A stretch of 32,000 nt of DNA from Clostridiales bacterium (GTDB lineage: Bacteria > Bacillota > Clostridia > Christensenellales > Aristaeellaceae). Below are positions 7,471 to 16,197 of the stretch, in pieces. The notes beneath the pieces were generated by a model, which did no database searches, was not told the origin of the DNA, and was given only the letters and a program-made list of their open reading frames with translations. Each line of letters begins with the position of its first letter. The stretch's first letter is position 1. The position numbers and the translations under genes are program-made. The stretch lies in contig SFIM01000017.1 in the NCBI GenBank assembly GCA_004556155.1, positions 14,489-46,488 of the forward strand, in the 5' to 3' direction.

Positions 7471-10400
7471 ATGAACAGAAACACGAACACACATCATGCC
7501 ATGCGGATTCGGGTATTGAGCCTGCTGGCTGCGCTGATGCTGGCGCTGGGCGTTTTGCCCGCTGCGCTGGCTGAAGACGGGCAGTACGGCTATGTCAATT
7601 TTGACAATGTGCGTTTCCGTAAGCAGGCCAACGATACCGTGGTGTGGGACAAGCTCAACAACGGTTGGGTATGCAAAATCCTGGGCACCAAGTCGGCCGG
7701 CGGCGTGAATTATTACTATGTATCCACCAATCTGCCCGCGTATCTGGATCGTGAGTATTACGGCTATATCAGCCAGCAGTACATCACCCTGATGAGCGAG
7801 GCCGAGGCGGACGCCTGGCAGAAGCAGGGCGGCAATGCCACCGTGCTTGGCGGCAGCACGTCCTCTTCTGGCGACAGCGGCACGGATACCGCCAACAATG
7901 TGACGGCGCTGACCAACTATGCCCGTCCCAATAACGCCAGCACCAATTATTATCATTATGAGGGCGGCGTGCTTACCAGCCTGGGTCTGCTCTCCGCGGG
8001 CGAGGCCTATTATGTGACCGGCACAGCCACCATCAACAGCACGATTTATTACATCATCACCGTCAACGGCGCGGATTGCTATGTGCGCGGCAGCAACATG
8101 ACCATGTTGAGCAGCGATACCACCACCGCGCCCGCGCCGACTACTGCGCCCTCCGGCGGCAATGATCCGGTGGGCACCATCGTGATTACTCCCGAGGGCA
8201 ATACCAACCTGCGCAAGTCTGCCGCGATCCTGGATAACAACAGCATCGCCAAGCTGCCTCAGGGCACCGAGCTGCCTTACTATTACACCGTGCAGAGCGG
8301 CGGAAGCACCTGGTATTATTGCTACAGCGCGGATAACAACGCCTTTGGCTATATCATCGCCACCTGCGCCACGGTGAAATCCACCGCCGGCACTACGACC
8401 ACCCTGCCTACCACCACCAACGATCCTTCCAGCATTCTGGGCTATGTAAAGATGAATGTGAAGGGCCGCACCAACATCCGCAGCCAGGCCAAGGCCGGCA
8501 CGGGCAACCGCGTGGGCTATGCCGAGGAGGGTCAGGTGCTGCCCTACTATGCGGTCAAGATCGTCAGCGGCGCTACCTGGTATTATGTGTACAGCAGCAC
8601 CGAGGATGTGTTTGGCTATGTGCTGGGCACTTGCTGCTTTAAGAGCGACGCGTCGGGCAATCCCATCGCCGCCGCCCCCACCGCGCCCAACGTCACCGCC
8701 GCGCCCAGCGGCGCGCAGGGCTACATCAAAACCACCGATTCCGTCAACGTGCGCAAGAGCGCCAGCATCACCTCCGCCCGCATTGCCAAGCTGGATAAGG
8801 GCGTTGTGGCTCCCTACAGCGCGGCTGTGTCCGTGGGCGGCACCACCTGGTACAAGATCGTATACAACTTTGAAACCGGCTATGTGATGGGCGATTACTG
8901 CGCGCCCTGCGACGCCTATGGCAATACCTCCACCAAGCCCCAGAACGTCACCTCCGGCTATCTGATGACCACGCGCGACAAGGTGTATCTGCGCAGAGCC
9001 GCCAGCGCCTCCGCGGGCGTGTATGGGCAGGTGCCCGCGCAGGGTACCGTTCTGCAAATCGTGGGCAAGGCTCGCTATGCCAACGGCTACTACTGGTACA
9101 ATGTCGCCTATAATGGCGATATCGGCTATATGCGCGGGGACTGCATCAGCGTGATGTCCCCCGAGCAGGTATCGGCTTACCTGAGCGGCAAGCCCATGCC
9201 CACCGCCACGCCCACCCCCACCCCTGTGCCCAAGGCGACCAAGTATATCCAGACCACCCTGGACAAGGTGTGGCTGCGCCAGTCGCCCTCCAGCAAGGCG
9301 GGCACCATCGGCCAGGCTGCGCTGGGCGCGGTATTCAAGTTTGATTCCAAGGTCAAGGTCAGCGGCGTGGAGTGGTACAAGCTCACCGTCGGCGGCAACG
9401 AGTGCTACATCCGCGGCAACTGCGCCAAGGTGATGAACGACGCTGAATACAGAGATTATCTGAACAACCAGCCCACGGCCAAGCCCACCGCTACGCCCAC
9501 GGCTGTGCCCGATCTGTCCAAGCTGAGCACCACCTTCATCACCACCAAGGAAAAGGTGGTCGTCCGCGCCGAGGGCAATCCCAGCGCGCGTCAGGTGGGT
9601 CTGATCTACACCCAGGGTACGGGCGGCAAGATCAGTGGCGCCACCAACGTGGTGGACGGCGTAACCTGGTATGGCGTCACCATCAGCGGTGTGACCGGCT
9701 GGATCCGCGGCGACCTGGTGCGCATCCTGACCAAGACGGAAGAAGCCGAGTATATCAAGAGCGGCGATCCCGACTCCAAGCCTGAAGCCAGCTACACCAC
9801 CCTGCAGCTGGGCTCCACCGGTGAGGCGGTGCGCAAGGTACAGGTCCGTCTGGCTGAGCTGGGCTACATGAGCAACAGCCAGATCAACAGCGTATTTGAC
9901 AGCAACACTGCCAGCGCCATCAGCCGCTATCAGGAAGATCATGACCTGGTTGTGGACGGCATTGCTACCTCCCTGACCCAGCACTCGCTGTTTGGCACCA
10001 GGGAAAAGAGTGAAACCACCAATGGCTCCTCCACCACCGTCACCCTGCATATGCCGAAGCTGATTGACTGGTATACCGGCGGTATCCAGAGCATCTTCTA
10101 CAAGGGCAGCACGGCCGTTGTGACCGATGTGAACACGGGCATCTCCTTCCGCGTAAAGCGCTGGAGCGGCGGCGCGCATGCCGACGTGGAGCCCTTGACC
10201 GCTGCCGATACTGCGGCCATGTGTAAGATCTACAAGGTAAAGACTGCGCAGGAAATCAGCGATAAGAACCTGTATCAGCGCCATCCTGTCTTGGTGACCA
10301 TCGGTGATAATAGCTATGCAGCCTCCATGTACGGCGTGCCGCATAACTACCCGGCCGGCGATACCATCCCGGATAACGACTTCTATGGCCAGTTCTGTAT

Positions 10401-10536
10401 CCACTTTGTCAACAGCAAGACCCATGGCTCAGGCATTGTGGATGTGGGCAACTCCAAGAACGGCTGGTACGGCCATCAGGACGCTATCATGGATGCGTAC
10501 AGAAACGCGGCCAAGAAGCTGAACATCAAAAACTGA
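7471..10536 (+). CDS. Secreted cell-wall-associated protein: signal peptide, eight SH3b-like repeats, PG_binding_1 domain and an unassigned C-terminal domain
   Basis: The start is reassigned to ATG 7471 (MNRNTNTHHAMRIRVLSLLAALMLALGVLPAALA), which follows GAGGTGG. The eight repeats have the form GY[VI]..t..vN[VL]Rk.as..s..ig.l..G......v...g..WY.v...g..GY[VIM].g.y, separated by Thr/Pro linkers. Residues TLQLGSTGEAVRKVQVRLAELGY...DGIATSLTQHSLF (9790-9993) match the PG_binding_1 pattern. Confidence 0.85.
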   Translation: MNRNTNTHHAMRIRVLSLLAALMLALGVLPAALAEDGQYGYVNFDNVRFRKQANDTVVWDKLNNGWVCKILGTKSAGGVNYYYVSTNLPAYLDREYYGYISQQYITLMSEAEADAWQKQGGNATVLGGSTSSSGDSGTDTANNVTALTNYARPNNASTNYYHYEGGVLTSLGLLSAGEAYYVTGTATINSTIYYIITVNGADCYVRGSNMTMLSSDTTTAPAPTTAPSGGNDPVGTIVITPEGNTNLRKSAAILDNNSIAKLPQGTELPYYYTVQSGGSTWYYCYSADNNAFGYIIATCATVKSTAGTTTTLPTTTNDPSSILGYVKMNVKGRTNIRSQAKAGTGNRVGYAEEGQVLPYYAVKIVSGATWYYVYSSTEDVFGYVLGTCCFKSDASGNPIAAAPTAPNVTAAPSGAQGYIKTTDSVNVRKSASITSARIAKLDKGVVAPYSAAVSVGGTTWYKIVYNFETGYVMGDYCAPCDAYGNTSTKPQNVTSGYLMTTRDKVYLRRAASASAGVYGQVPAQGTVLQIVGKARYANGYYWYNVAYNGDIGYMRGDCISVMSPEQVSAYLSGKPMPTATPTPTPVPKATKYIQTTLDKVWLRQSPSSKAGTIGQAALGAVFKFDSKVKVSGVEWYKLTVGGNECYIRGNCAKVMNDAEYRDYLNNQPTAKPTATPTAVPDLSKLSTTFITTKEKVVVRAEGNPSARQVGLIYTQGTGGKISGATNVVDGVTWYGVTISGVTGWIRGDLVRILTKTEEAEYIKSGDPDSKPEASYTTLQLGSTGEAVRKVQVRLAELGYMSNSQINSVFDSNTASAISRYQEDHDLVVDGIATSLTQHSLFGTREKSETTNGSSTTVTLHMPKLIDWYTGGIQSIFYKGSTAVVTDVNTGISFRVKRWSGGAHADVEPLTAADTAAMCKIYKVKTAQEISDKNLYQRHPVLVTIGDNSYAASMYGVPHNYPAGDTIPDNDFYGQFCIHFVNSKTHGSGIVDVGNSKNGWYGHQDAIMDAYRNAAKKLNIKN
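7585..9729 (+). repeat. Array of eight divergent SH3b-type coding repeats (~65-70 codons each) separated by T/P-rich linkers
   Basis: The repeats were recognised at protein level. Examples are QGYIKTTDSVNVRKSASITSARIAKLDKGVVAPYSAAVSVGGTTWYKIVYNFETGYVMGDY and TKYIQTTLDKVWLRQSPSSKAGTIGQAALGAVFKFDSKVKVSGVEWYKLTVGGNECYIRGN. The linkers include TTAPAPTTAP, TTTTLPTTT and PTATPTPTPVP. Confidence 0.7.
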
Positions 10537-11747
10537 TGAAAAACAAATCGATTCTTATTCTCGGCGGCGGGGCGTCTGGCCTCGCCGCCGCTGTGCAAGC
10601 AGGGCAAATGGGCGCGCGCGTGACGATTCTGGAGCGCAGCGACCGCGTGGGTAAAAAGCTGCTGGCTACCGGCAACGGACGCTGTAACCTGGCTAACATG
10701 GATGAGCCTTGCTATTTTGGCGATACGGATTTTGCCCGCCGGGTGCTGCAAAGCATGCCCGTGGCCGATGTGCTGGGTTTTTTTGACTCCCTGGGCTTGC
10801 CCACGCGCGAGGACGCCAGCGGCAGGGTGTATCCTGCCTGCAACCAGGCGGCGGCGGTGCTGGATGTGCTGCGGCTGCACTTGGAGCGCGTGCATGCGCG
10901 CGTGATAACCGGCGCGCAGGCACAGGCCATCCTGCCTGAAAAGGACGGGTATTGCGTGCGCACGGCGGACGCGGCGTATCATGCCGATTGCGTGCTGGTG
11001 TGCTGCGGCGGGCTGGCTGCGCCCAAGCTGGGCGCTGTCAACGCCTATGGCCTGCTGACGGCGCTGGGCTGCAAGCTGGCGGCTCCCGCTCCGGCGCTGG
11101 CTCCCATTGAAACCGAAAAAGCGCCGCTGCGTGGGCTGAGCGGCCTGCGTTTGCCTGCCACGCTGACGCTGTGCGATGGTGACCAGCCCATTGCTCGCAC
11201 GCAGGGCGAGGTGCTGTTTGCCGATTACGGCGTCAGCGGTGTATGCGCTATGCAGCTGGCGCGCGACGCGCAGCGGCTGCTGTCCGCGCGTCGTCAGCCT
11301 ATGCTATATCTGGATTTCTCCCCAACGATGGGCATTGGCGCATATCGCATGGCGCGCCTTGAGCCTGGGCGGCCCGATGACAATCTGCCTGCCGTGCGCG
11401 CCTTTCTGAAGCGCCGGGCGCAGATACTGCCCAACGATGCGCTGCTGCTGGGGGCGCTGCCAAGGCTGCTGCGCGAACGCATGGCGGCCTATCGCGGCGA
11501 GGAGCTTGCGCGCATGCTGTGCGCTTATCCGCTGCGCGTGACTGGCGTGCGCGGCTATGATCAGGCGCAGGTGACGCAGGGCGGAATCGATCCCGCGGAT
11601 TTTGATCCTGCCACCATGGCGTGCAAAAAGCATCCCGGCCTGTATGCCTGCGGCGAAATCCTCAATGTGGATGGCGATTGCGGCGGCTATAACCTGCAGT
11701 TTGCCTTTGCAACCGGATTGCTCGCGGCCAGGGATGCGGCGAAGTGA
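10536..11747 (+). CDS. HI0933/YhiN-family (BaiN-like) NAD(P)/FAD-dependent flavoprotein
   Basis: 403 aa. It has the dinucleotide fold ILILGGGASGLAAA and the family motif KLLATGNGRCNL. Its ATG overlaps the upstream stop (TGATG at 10534-10538), which suggests translational coupling with the wall-protein gene. Confidence 0.88.
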   Translation: MKNKSILILGGGASGLAAAVQAGQMGARVTILERSDRVGKKLLATGNGRCNLANMDEPCYFGDTDFARRVLQSMPVADVLGFFDSLGLPTREDASGRVYPACNQAAAVLDVLRLHLERVHARVITGAQAQAILPEKDGYCVRTADAAYHADCVLVCCGGLAAPKLGAVNAYGLLTALGCKLAAPAPALAPIETEKAPLRGLSGLRLPATLTLCDGDQPIARTQGEVLFADYGVSGVCAMQLARDAQRLLSARRQPMLYLDFSPTMGIGAYRMARLEPGRPDDNLPAVRAFLKRRAQILPNDALLLGALPRLLRERMAAYRGEELARMLCAYPLRVTGVRGYDQAQVTQGGIDPADFDPATMACKKHPGLYACGEILNVDGDCGGYNLQFAFATGLLAARDAAK

Positions 11748-11752
11748 ATAAC

Positions 11753-11786
11753 AAAAAAGAGCTGTCTTGCTTAGGCAGCTCTTTTA
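11753..11786. terminator. Bidirectional intrinsic terminator between the convergent flavoprotein and ecfT genes
   Basis: Stem AAGAGCTGTC (11757-11766) / GGCAGCTCTT (11774-11783) with one G-U pair. It is flanked by an A-tract on the left and TTTTAT on the right. Confidence 0.65.
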
Positions 11787-11799
11787 TCATGCGAAGCTT

Positions 11800-12594
11800 T
11801 TATCCAATCACCGCTACCAGCGCGATCATGGCGGCGGTAATCAGCGTGGCGACGGCGTCGGCGCGGGTCAGCTTCAGGATGCGCAGGCGCGTGCGGCCCT
11901 CGCCGCCGTGATAGCAGCGGGCCTCCATGGCCATGGCCAGATCGCCCGCGCGGCGGAACGCGCTGATAAACAACGGCACCAGCAGCGGTACCATGGCCTT
12001 GGCGCGCTGAATGATATTGCCCGATTCAAAATCCGCGCCGCGGGCCATCTGCGCCTTCATGATCTTGTCGGCCTCTTCCAGCAGCGTGGGGATAAAGCGC
12101 AGGGCGATGGTCATCATCATGGCCAGCTCGTGGGCGGGAAAGCCGATCTTGGCAAAGGGGCTGAGCAGCCGCTCCAGGCCGTCGGTCAGCACCACGGGCG
12201 GGGTGGTCAGCGTCAGCAGGCTGGCGCCTGTCACCAGAAAGATCAGCCGGGCGGAGAAGCGCAGCGCCGTCAGCAGGCCTTCCAGCGTGATCTGAATGCG
12301 CCACACATGCACAAGCACCGTATCGCCGGGGCTGAAAAACAGGTTGAGCAGGAAGGTGAAAATCAGGATGAACCGCAGGGGCTTTAGCCCCTTGGCCAGC
12401 AGCTTTAACGGCAGATGCGAGGCATAGGCGGCCAGCACGATAAAGACGATGACGGGCAGGAAGCCCAGCAGGCTTTTGACCAGAAATACGCCCACGATAA
12501 ACGCGATGGTCAGCAGGATCTTGACGCGCGGGTCCAGACGGTGCACCGGGCTTTCAACCGGGTAGTACTGGCCCAGGGTGATATCCTTAAGCAT
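11800..12594 (-). CDS. ecfT: ECF transporter transmembrane (T) component
   Basis: The start is reassigned to ATG 12594 (MLKDITLGQYYPVESPVHRLDPRVKILLTIAFIV, a typical EcfT N-terminus). It overlaps the ecfA2 stop by 8 nt. The protein is a multi-TM protein with the ARG-type coupling motifs (MARGADFE). Confidence 0.9.
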   Translation of the reverse strand: MLKDITLGQYYPVESPVHRLDPRVKILLTIAFIVGVFLVKSLLGFLPVIVFIVLAAYASHLPLKLLAKGLKPLRFILIFTFLLNLFFSPGDTVLVHVWRIQITLEGLLTALRFSARLIFLVTGASLLTLTTPPVVLTDGLERLLSPFAKIGFPAHELAMMMTIALRFIPTLLEEADKIMKAQMARGADFESGNIIQRAKAMVPLLVPLFISAFRRAGDLAMAMEARCYHGGEGRTRLRILKLTRADAVATLITAAMIALVAVIG

Positions 12595-13447
12595 GGATGG
12601 CCGCCTCCTTTCCCAGCGCGCGGCAGATCGCGTCGCACAGCTCCTCATTGGTCAGGCAGTCGGGCACATCCATACCGCCCGCGCGCAAGGCCTGGCACAG
12701 CTGCACGGTCTGCGGAACATCCAGACCCATGGCGGCCAGCTCGTCTCCACGGGAGAAAATTTCCCTCGGCGTGCCAAGCATGGCCAGGCGACCCTTGTGC
12801 AGCACGGCGGCGCGCGTGGCGATGCGCGCCACATCGTCCATGTTATGGCTGATGATGACCATCGTTACGCCGTCCTGATGGAGCTCGTTGATGATCTCGG
12901 TCAGCTCGTCGCGGCCGCGCGGATCCAGCCCCGCGATGGGCTCGTCCAGCACCAGAACGCGCGGATGCATGGCAATTACGCCTGCCAGCGCCACGCGGCG
13001 CATCTGACCGCCGGAAAGGTCAAAGGGGGATTTTTGCAGCGCATCCTCGGGCAGATGCACGCGGGCAAAGGCCTCGCGCACGCGGGCGTCCAGCTCGTCG
13101 CCGGTTAATCCTTGATTTTTGGGGCCGAAGGCGATGTCCTTGTATACCGTTTCCTCAAACAGCTGGTATTCGGCGTATTGGAACAGCAGCCCTACCCGCT
13201 GGCGCAGCGCGCGGCGGTTAGCGCCCTTCTGGTTGATATCCTCGCCGTCCACCAGCACGCGACCCGAGGTGGGGGTAAGCAGCCCGTTCAGGTGCTGCGC
13301 CAGGGTGGATTTGCCGCTGCCGGTGTGGCCGATCAGCGCCAGCAGCTCGCCATCCTCGATGGTAAAATCAATATCCTGCAGCGCGTCGGATTGGAAGGGG
13401 CTGCCGGGCTGGTAAACATGGGACAAGTGTTCAATCTTTATCGGCAT
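12587..13447 (-). CDS. ecfA2: ECF transporter ATPase, second subunit
   Basis: 286 aa with Walker A GHTGSGKST, signature LSGGQMRRVALAG and Walker B VLVLDEP. It has the typical EcfA' N-terminus MPIKIEHLSHVY. It overlaps ecfA1 by 10 nt. Confidence 0.92.
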   Translation of the reverse strand: MPIKIEHLSHVYQPGSPFQSDALQDIDFTIEDGELLALIGHTGSGKSTLAQHLNGLLTPTSGRVLVDGEDINQKGANRRALRQRVGLLFQYAEYQLFEETVYKDIAFGPKNQGLTGDELDARVREAFARVHLPEDALQKSPFDLSGGQMRRVALAGVIAMHPRVLVLDEPIAGLDPRGRDELTEIINELHQDGVTMVIISHNMDDVARIATRAAVLHKGRLAMLGTPREIFSRGDELAAMGLDVPQTVQLCQALRAGGMDVPDCLTNEELCDAICRALGKEAAIHA

Positions 13448-14271
13448 TTCAGCACCTCCTGAGCCATGGCGCTTACATCCATGGCCTCATGCGCGATGGG
13501 CAGGCCGCGCGCGCGCAGCAGATCGCCCAGCGCCACCATGGGCGGCACATCCAGGCGCATGGCGCGCAGACGCTCCGCCTGGCTGAACACGGCCTTGGGC
13601 GTGTCGTCCATCACCACCTGGCCGTCGTCCATCACGACCACGCGGTCGCAGCGCGCGGCCTCTTCCATAAAGTGAGTAATCCATACTACCGTGATTCCCT
13701 GCTCACGGTTGAGGCGGCTGACGGTATCAAATACCTCGCGGCGGCCGCGGGGATCGAGCATGGCGGTGGATTCATCCAGAATCAGCGCTTTGGGCTGCAT
13801 GGCCAGGATGCCCGCAATGGCGATGCGCTGCTTTTGGCCGCCCGACAGGGTGTGGGGGGCGCGATCGATGAATGGGAGCATCTCCACCTGGCGCAGCGCG
13901 GTTTCAATGCGCGCGGGCATCTGGGCGGAGGGCACGCCGATGTTTTCCAGGCCGAAGGCCACATCATCGCGCACGATGGAGGCTACCAGCTGGTTATCGG
14001 GATTTTGAAATACCATGCCCGCGCTGCGGCGAATATCCCAGGTGTGCTCATCCTCCTGGGTATCCATGCCGCACACGGTAACATGACCCTCGGTGGGAAT
14101 ATACAGCCCGTTAAGCAGCTTTGCCAGCGTGGATTTGCCGCTGCCATTGTGCCCAAGTACGGCTGTCATTTCGCCTGTGCGGAAGCCTAAGGTCACGCCG
14201 CGAACGGCCATACCCTCGCTGTCCTCATAGGCGTAGCTTACATTGTCTGCGCGTAGAATCAAATCTTCCAT
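13438..14271 (-). CDS. ecfA1: ECF transporter ATPase, first subunit
   Basis: The start is reassigned to ATG 14271 (MEDLILRADNVSYAY), which follows GGAGG (14280-14276). It has Walker A GHNGSGKST, signature LSGGQKQRIAIAG and Walker B ALILDEST. The track's upstream extension would begin inside or upstream of the promoter. Confidence 0.9.
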   Translation of the reverse strand: MEDLILRADNVSYAYEDSEGMAVRGVTLGFRTGEMTAVLGHNGSGKSTLAKLLNGLYIPTEGHVTVCGMDTQEDEHTWDIRRSAGMVFQNPDNQLVASIVRDDVAFGLENIGVPSAQMPARIETALRQVEMLPFIDRAPHTLSGGQKQRIAIAGILAMQPKALILDESTAMLDPRGRREVFDTVSRLNREQGITVVWITHFMEEAARCDRVVVMDDGQVVMDDTPKAVFSQAERLRAMRLDVPPMVALGDLLRARGLPIAHEAMDVSAMAQEVLKCR

Positions 14272-14302
14272 GAATCCTCCGGGTGACATAAAAATACAGC
14301 CT

Positions 14303-14331
14303 ATTATAGCACGAAGATGCGCGGCGCACAA
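14303..14331 (-). promoter_or_regulatory. Sigma-70-type promoter of the ecfA1-ecfA2-ecfT operon
   Basis: On the minus strand: TTGTGC (14331-14326), 17 nt, TATAAT (14308-14303), with TGC immediately upstream (extended -10). Confidence 0.5.
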
Positions 14332-14454
14332 CGGGCGGAAATGAAAGAAACGAGGCTGGGGCTATCAAAAATTCTTTTTGGCAGCCTGCAGATGAACTAA
14401 GATAGGAAGCAACCCGATGGATGCTCTTTGTGCCGTACACGCATTGCGTGGATT

Positions 14455-14482
14455 AAAAATGAAGGGGTTATACCCCTTCATT
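14455..14482 (-). terminator. Intrinsic terminator of the GGDEF gene
   Basis: Stem AATGAAGGGG (14458-14467) / CCCCTTCATT (14473-14482). On the minus strand it is followed by TTTTTAAT. It lies about 70 nt after the stop at 14554. Confidence 0.65.
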
Positions 14483-14553
14483 GGCTCTTGGATAAGATAG
14501 CGAAGCGTGTTGAAAACAAGAATCGTTTTATCAGCTTTGCGCTTGCAAAGCGC

Positions 14554-15756
14554 TTACGAGCGCTGCTTTTTTTCGCGCTTGGTTTTATACAGATCCGCGT
14601 CTGCGGCGCGGATGAAATCGGGAATGGTTACGCAGCCGGGATGCTGGATGGCGCAGCCAATGCTGACGTCCAGCTGATAGGGCACCAGCGCGTCGGCGTT
14701 TGCCTGCTGAAGGGCAAGATGGATTTGCTGACACAGGGAACGAATCTGCGCGGGGGTGGCTGCGTTGCCGATGACGACAAACTCATCCCCGCCATAACGG
14801 CCCACAAAGGCGTTGCGCGGCGCGGTACGCCGCAGCGTTTCGGCAATGCGGATCAGCGCTGAATCGCCCTCCATATGGCCGTAGCGGTCGTTGATGTGTT
14901 TAAAATTGTCCGCGTCCAGCATCAGCAAAAACAGCGAGGAATCCTCCCCCGCGCTGCGCAGCTTGTGGGAAAGATAGCGCACCATTTGCTCACGGTTATA
15001 CACCTGGGTGAGCGGGTCGATGGTGATGCGCTGATCAAGGATGTTCAGGTAAACCACCAGCAGGGTCACGGTATAGCCCATGCACAGGGTGGGCACTTGC
15101 CCCAGATAAATCACCTGCAAGAGCACAAAGCCCAATGGCAGCAGCATGAACGCGGCCAGGGACAGCAGCTCCATGCGGCGCTCAAAGTGCTTTTTCTGAA
15201 AAGCCTTGCACAGCGCCTTGGCCGATGTGAGCAGCACATAGGCAAAGGACAGCCCCAACTGCCACAGATGCAGCGGGCCGCGCAGATAGCGATTATTTTC
15301 GTCAATGCTGAATACCCAGCCAGTGCGGCAGGAGGCGATGGTAATGCCGATGAGCCCCAGCGCGGGCAGCAGGACAAGCCAGGCATTGCGCTGCCGGCGG
15401 CTGGCCCATCCGCCCTGGCTGATCTCGGCATACATAAACCAGAAATAGCACCCCAGCGTGCCAGCGGAGAAATACAGGCAATTAATCAGATAGTTGAGCG
15501 AAATTGGCGTGGAGGCATGGTGGTTGTCAATAATTCGCCACACCAGATCGCATAGAAAGTTGATTTCAAAGCAGATTGTCATGCTGCAAAAGTAGCGGGC
15601 TTTGCGGCGTTTATCAATGCTGCGCAGGCAGCGAATTAGGATAACGCCGCAGATCAGCACGCACAGCAGATTGACTTCGATGTATAAAAAAGAAGCGGCG
15701 CTGGACAAGTGCATTTCCTCCGTTTCATCAAGAATACAAATATATACATTTATCAT
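14554..15756 (-). CDS. Integral-membrane diguanylate cyclase (N-terminal multi-TM sensor region plus GGDEF domain)
   Basis: 400-aa ORF with about seven hydrophobic helices in the first ~225 residues. The rest follows the GGDEF domain pattern (DPLTQVYNREQM..., LLMLDADNFKHINDRYGHMEGD, RYGGDEFVVIG). The start is uncertain. ATG 15756 has no good SD. GGAGG at 15721-15717 would better serve ATG 15714 (2-nt spacer) or the in-frame TTG 15708 (8-nt spacer). Confidence 0.85.
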   Translation of the reverse strand: MINVYICILDETEEMHLSSAASFLYIEVNLLCVLICGVILIRCLRSIDKRRKARYFCSMTICFEINFLCDLVWRIIDNHHASTPISLNYLINCLYFSAGTLGCYFWFMYAEISQGGWASRRQRNAWLVLLPALGLIGITIASCRTGWVFSIDENNRYLRGPLHLWQLGLSFAYVLLTSAKALCKAFQKKHFERRMELLSLAAFMLLPLGFVLLQVIYLGQVPTLCMGYTVTLLVVYLNILDQRITIDPLTQVYNREQMVRYLSHKLRSAGEDSSLFLLMLDADNFKHINDRYGHMEGDSALIRIAETLRRTAPRNAFVGRYGGDEFVVIGNAATPAQIRSLCQQIHLALQQANADALVPYQLDVSIGCAIQHPGCVTIPDFIRAADADLYKTKREKKQRS

Positions 15757-15831
15757 ACCGCCATATGCGCCAAAAGAAAAGCTGAAAGTGTGATGTTTTG
15801 CTTACATATGGGCCTGATGACGGAAGAAAAT

Positions 15832-15866
15832 GTAAAAAATAAAAGCGCGGGAAAGTTCCTGCGCTT
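15832..15866 (-). terminator. Intrinsic terminator of azlCD
   Basis: Stem AAGCGCGGGA (15843-15852) / TCCTGCGCTT (15857-15866) with one G-U pair. On the minus strand it is followed by TTTTATTTTTTAC. Confidence 0.7.
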
Positions 15867-15894
15867 GATGAACGCCTTGGCGCGATGGAAAATG

Positions 15895-16197
15895 TTACAG
15901 CACCAGCTCCAGCAGCAGCACCGTGCCGCAGCACAGCGCAGCCACTTTGGGCAGGCTGGCTCCGCGATAGGCGAAAAACACGCCCATAGCCAGCGCGGCC
16001 ACGCCAGCGATGGGCGATTGCGTGGCGTCTACCATGGCGGGAAAGGTCATTACCGACAGGGTAACATAGGGCACATAATACAAAAAGGATTGCAGAAACG
16101 GGCTGGTAATCGGGCGGCGCAGCAACGTCAGCGGCAGCACGCGCACGGCATAGGTAACGCCTGCCGCCACCAGAATATAAAGCAGCATGTTAGGCAT
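15895..16197 (-). CDS. azlD: Branched-chain amino acid transport protein AzlD
   Basis: 100-aa hydrophobic protein (MPNMLLYILVAAGVTYAVRVLPLTLL...), typical of AzlD. ATG lies 6 nt after GGAGG. It overlaps the azlC stop by 8 nt. Confidence 0.85.
   Translation of the reverse strand: MPNMLLYILVAAGVTYAVRVLPLTLLRRPITSPFLQSFLYYVPYVTLSVMTFPAMVDATQSPIAGVAALAMGVFFAYRGASLPKVAALCCGTVLLLELVL

Noticed and set aside
7357-10425. 1022-aa ORF on the minus strand, the longest 'gene' in the track after the SH3b protein
   Set aside because: It lies exactly antisense to the SH3b wall-protein gene, whose frame has a signal peptide, clear domain repeats and a PG_binding_1 domain. The antisense product is low-complexity (G/A/H/V/I/D-rich) and has no SD or promoter. 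Long stop-free antisense frames are expected when the sense strand has strong GC3 bias.
14534-14551. Hairpin GCTTTGC-GCTT-GCAAAGC directly at the GGDEF gene stop
   Set aside because: The stem is only 7 bp and no U-tract follows on the minus strand. The much better terminator at 14455-14482 follows, so this is probably incidental.
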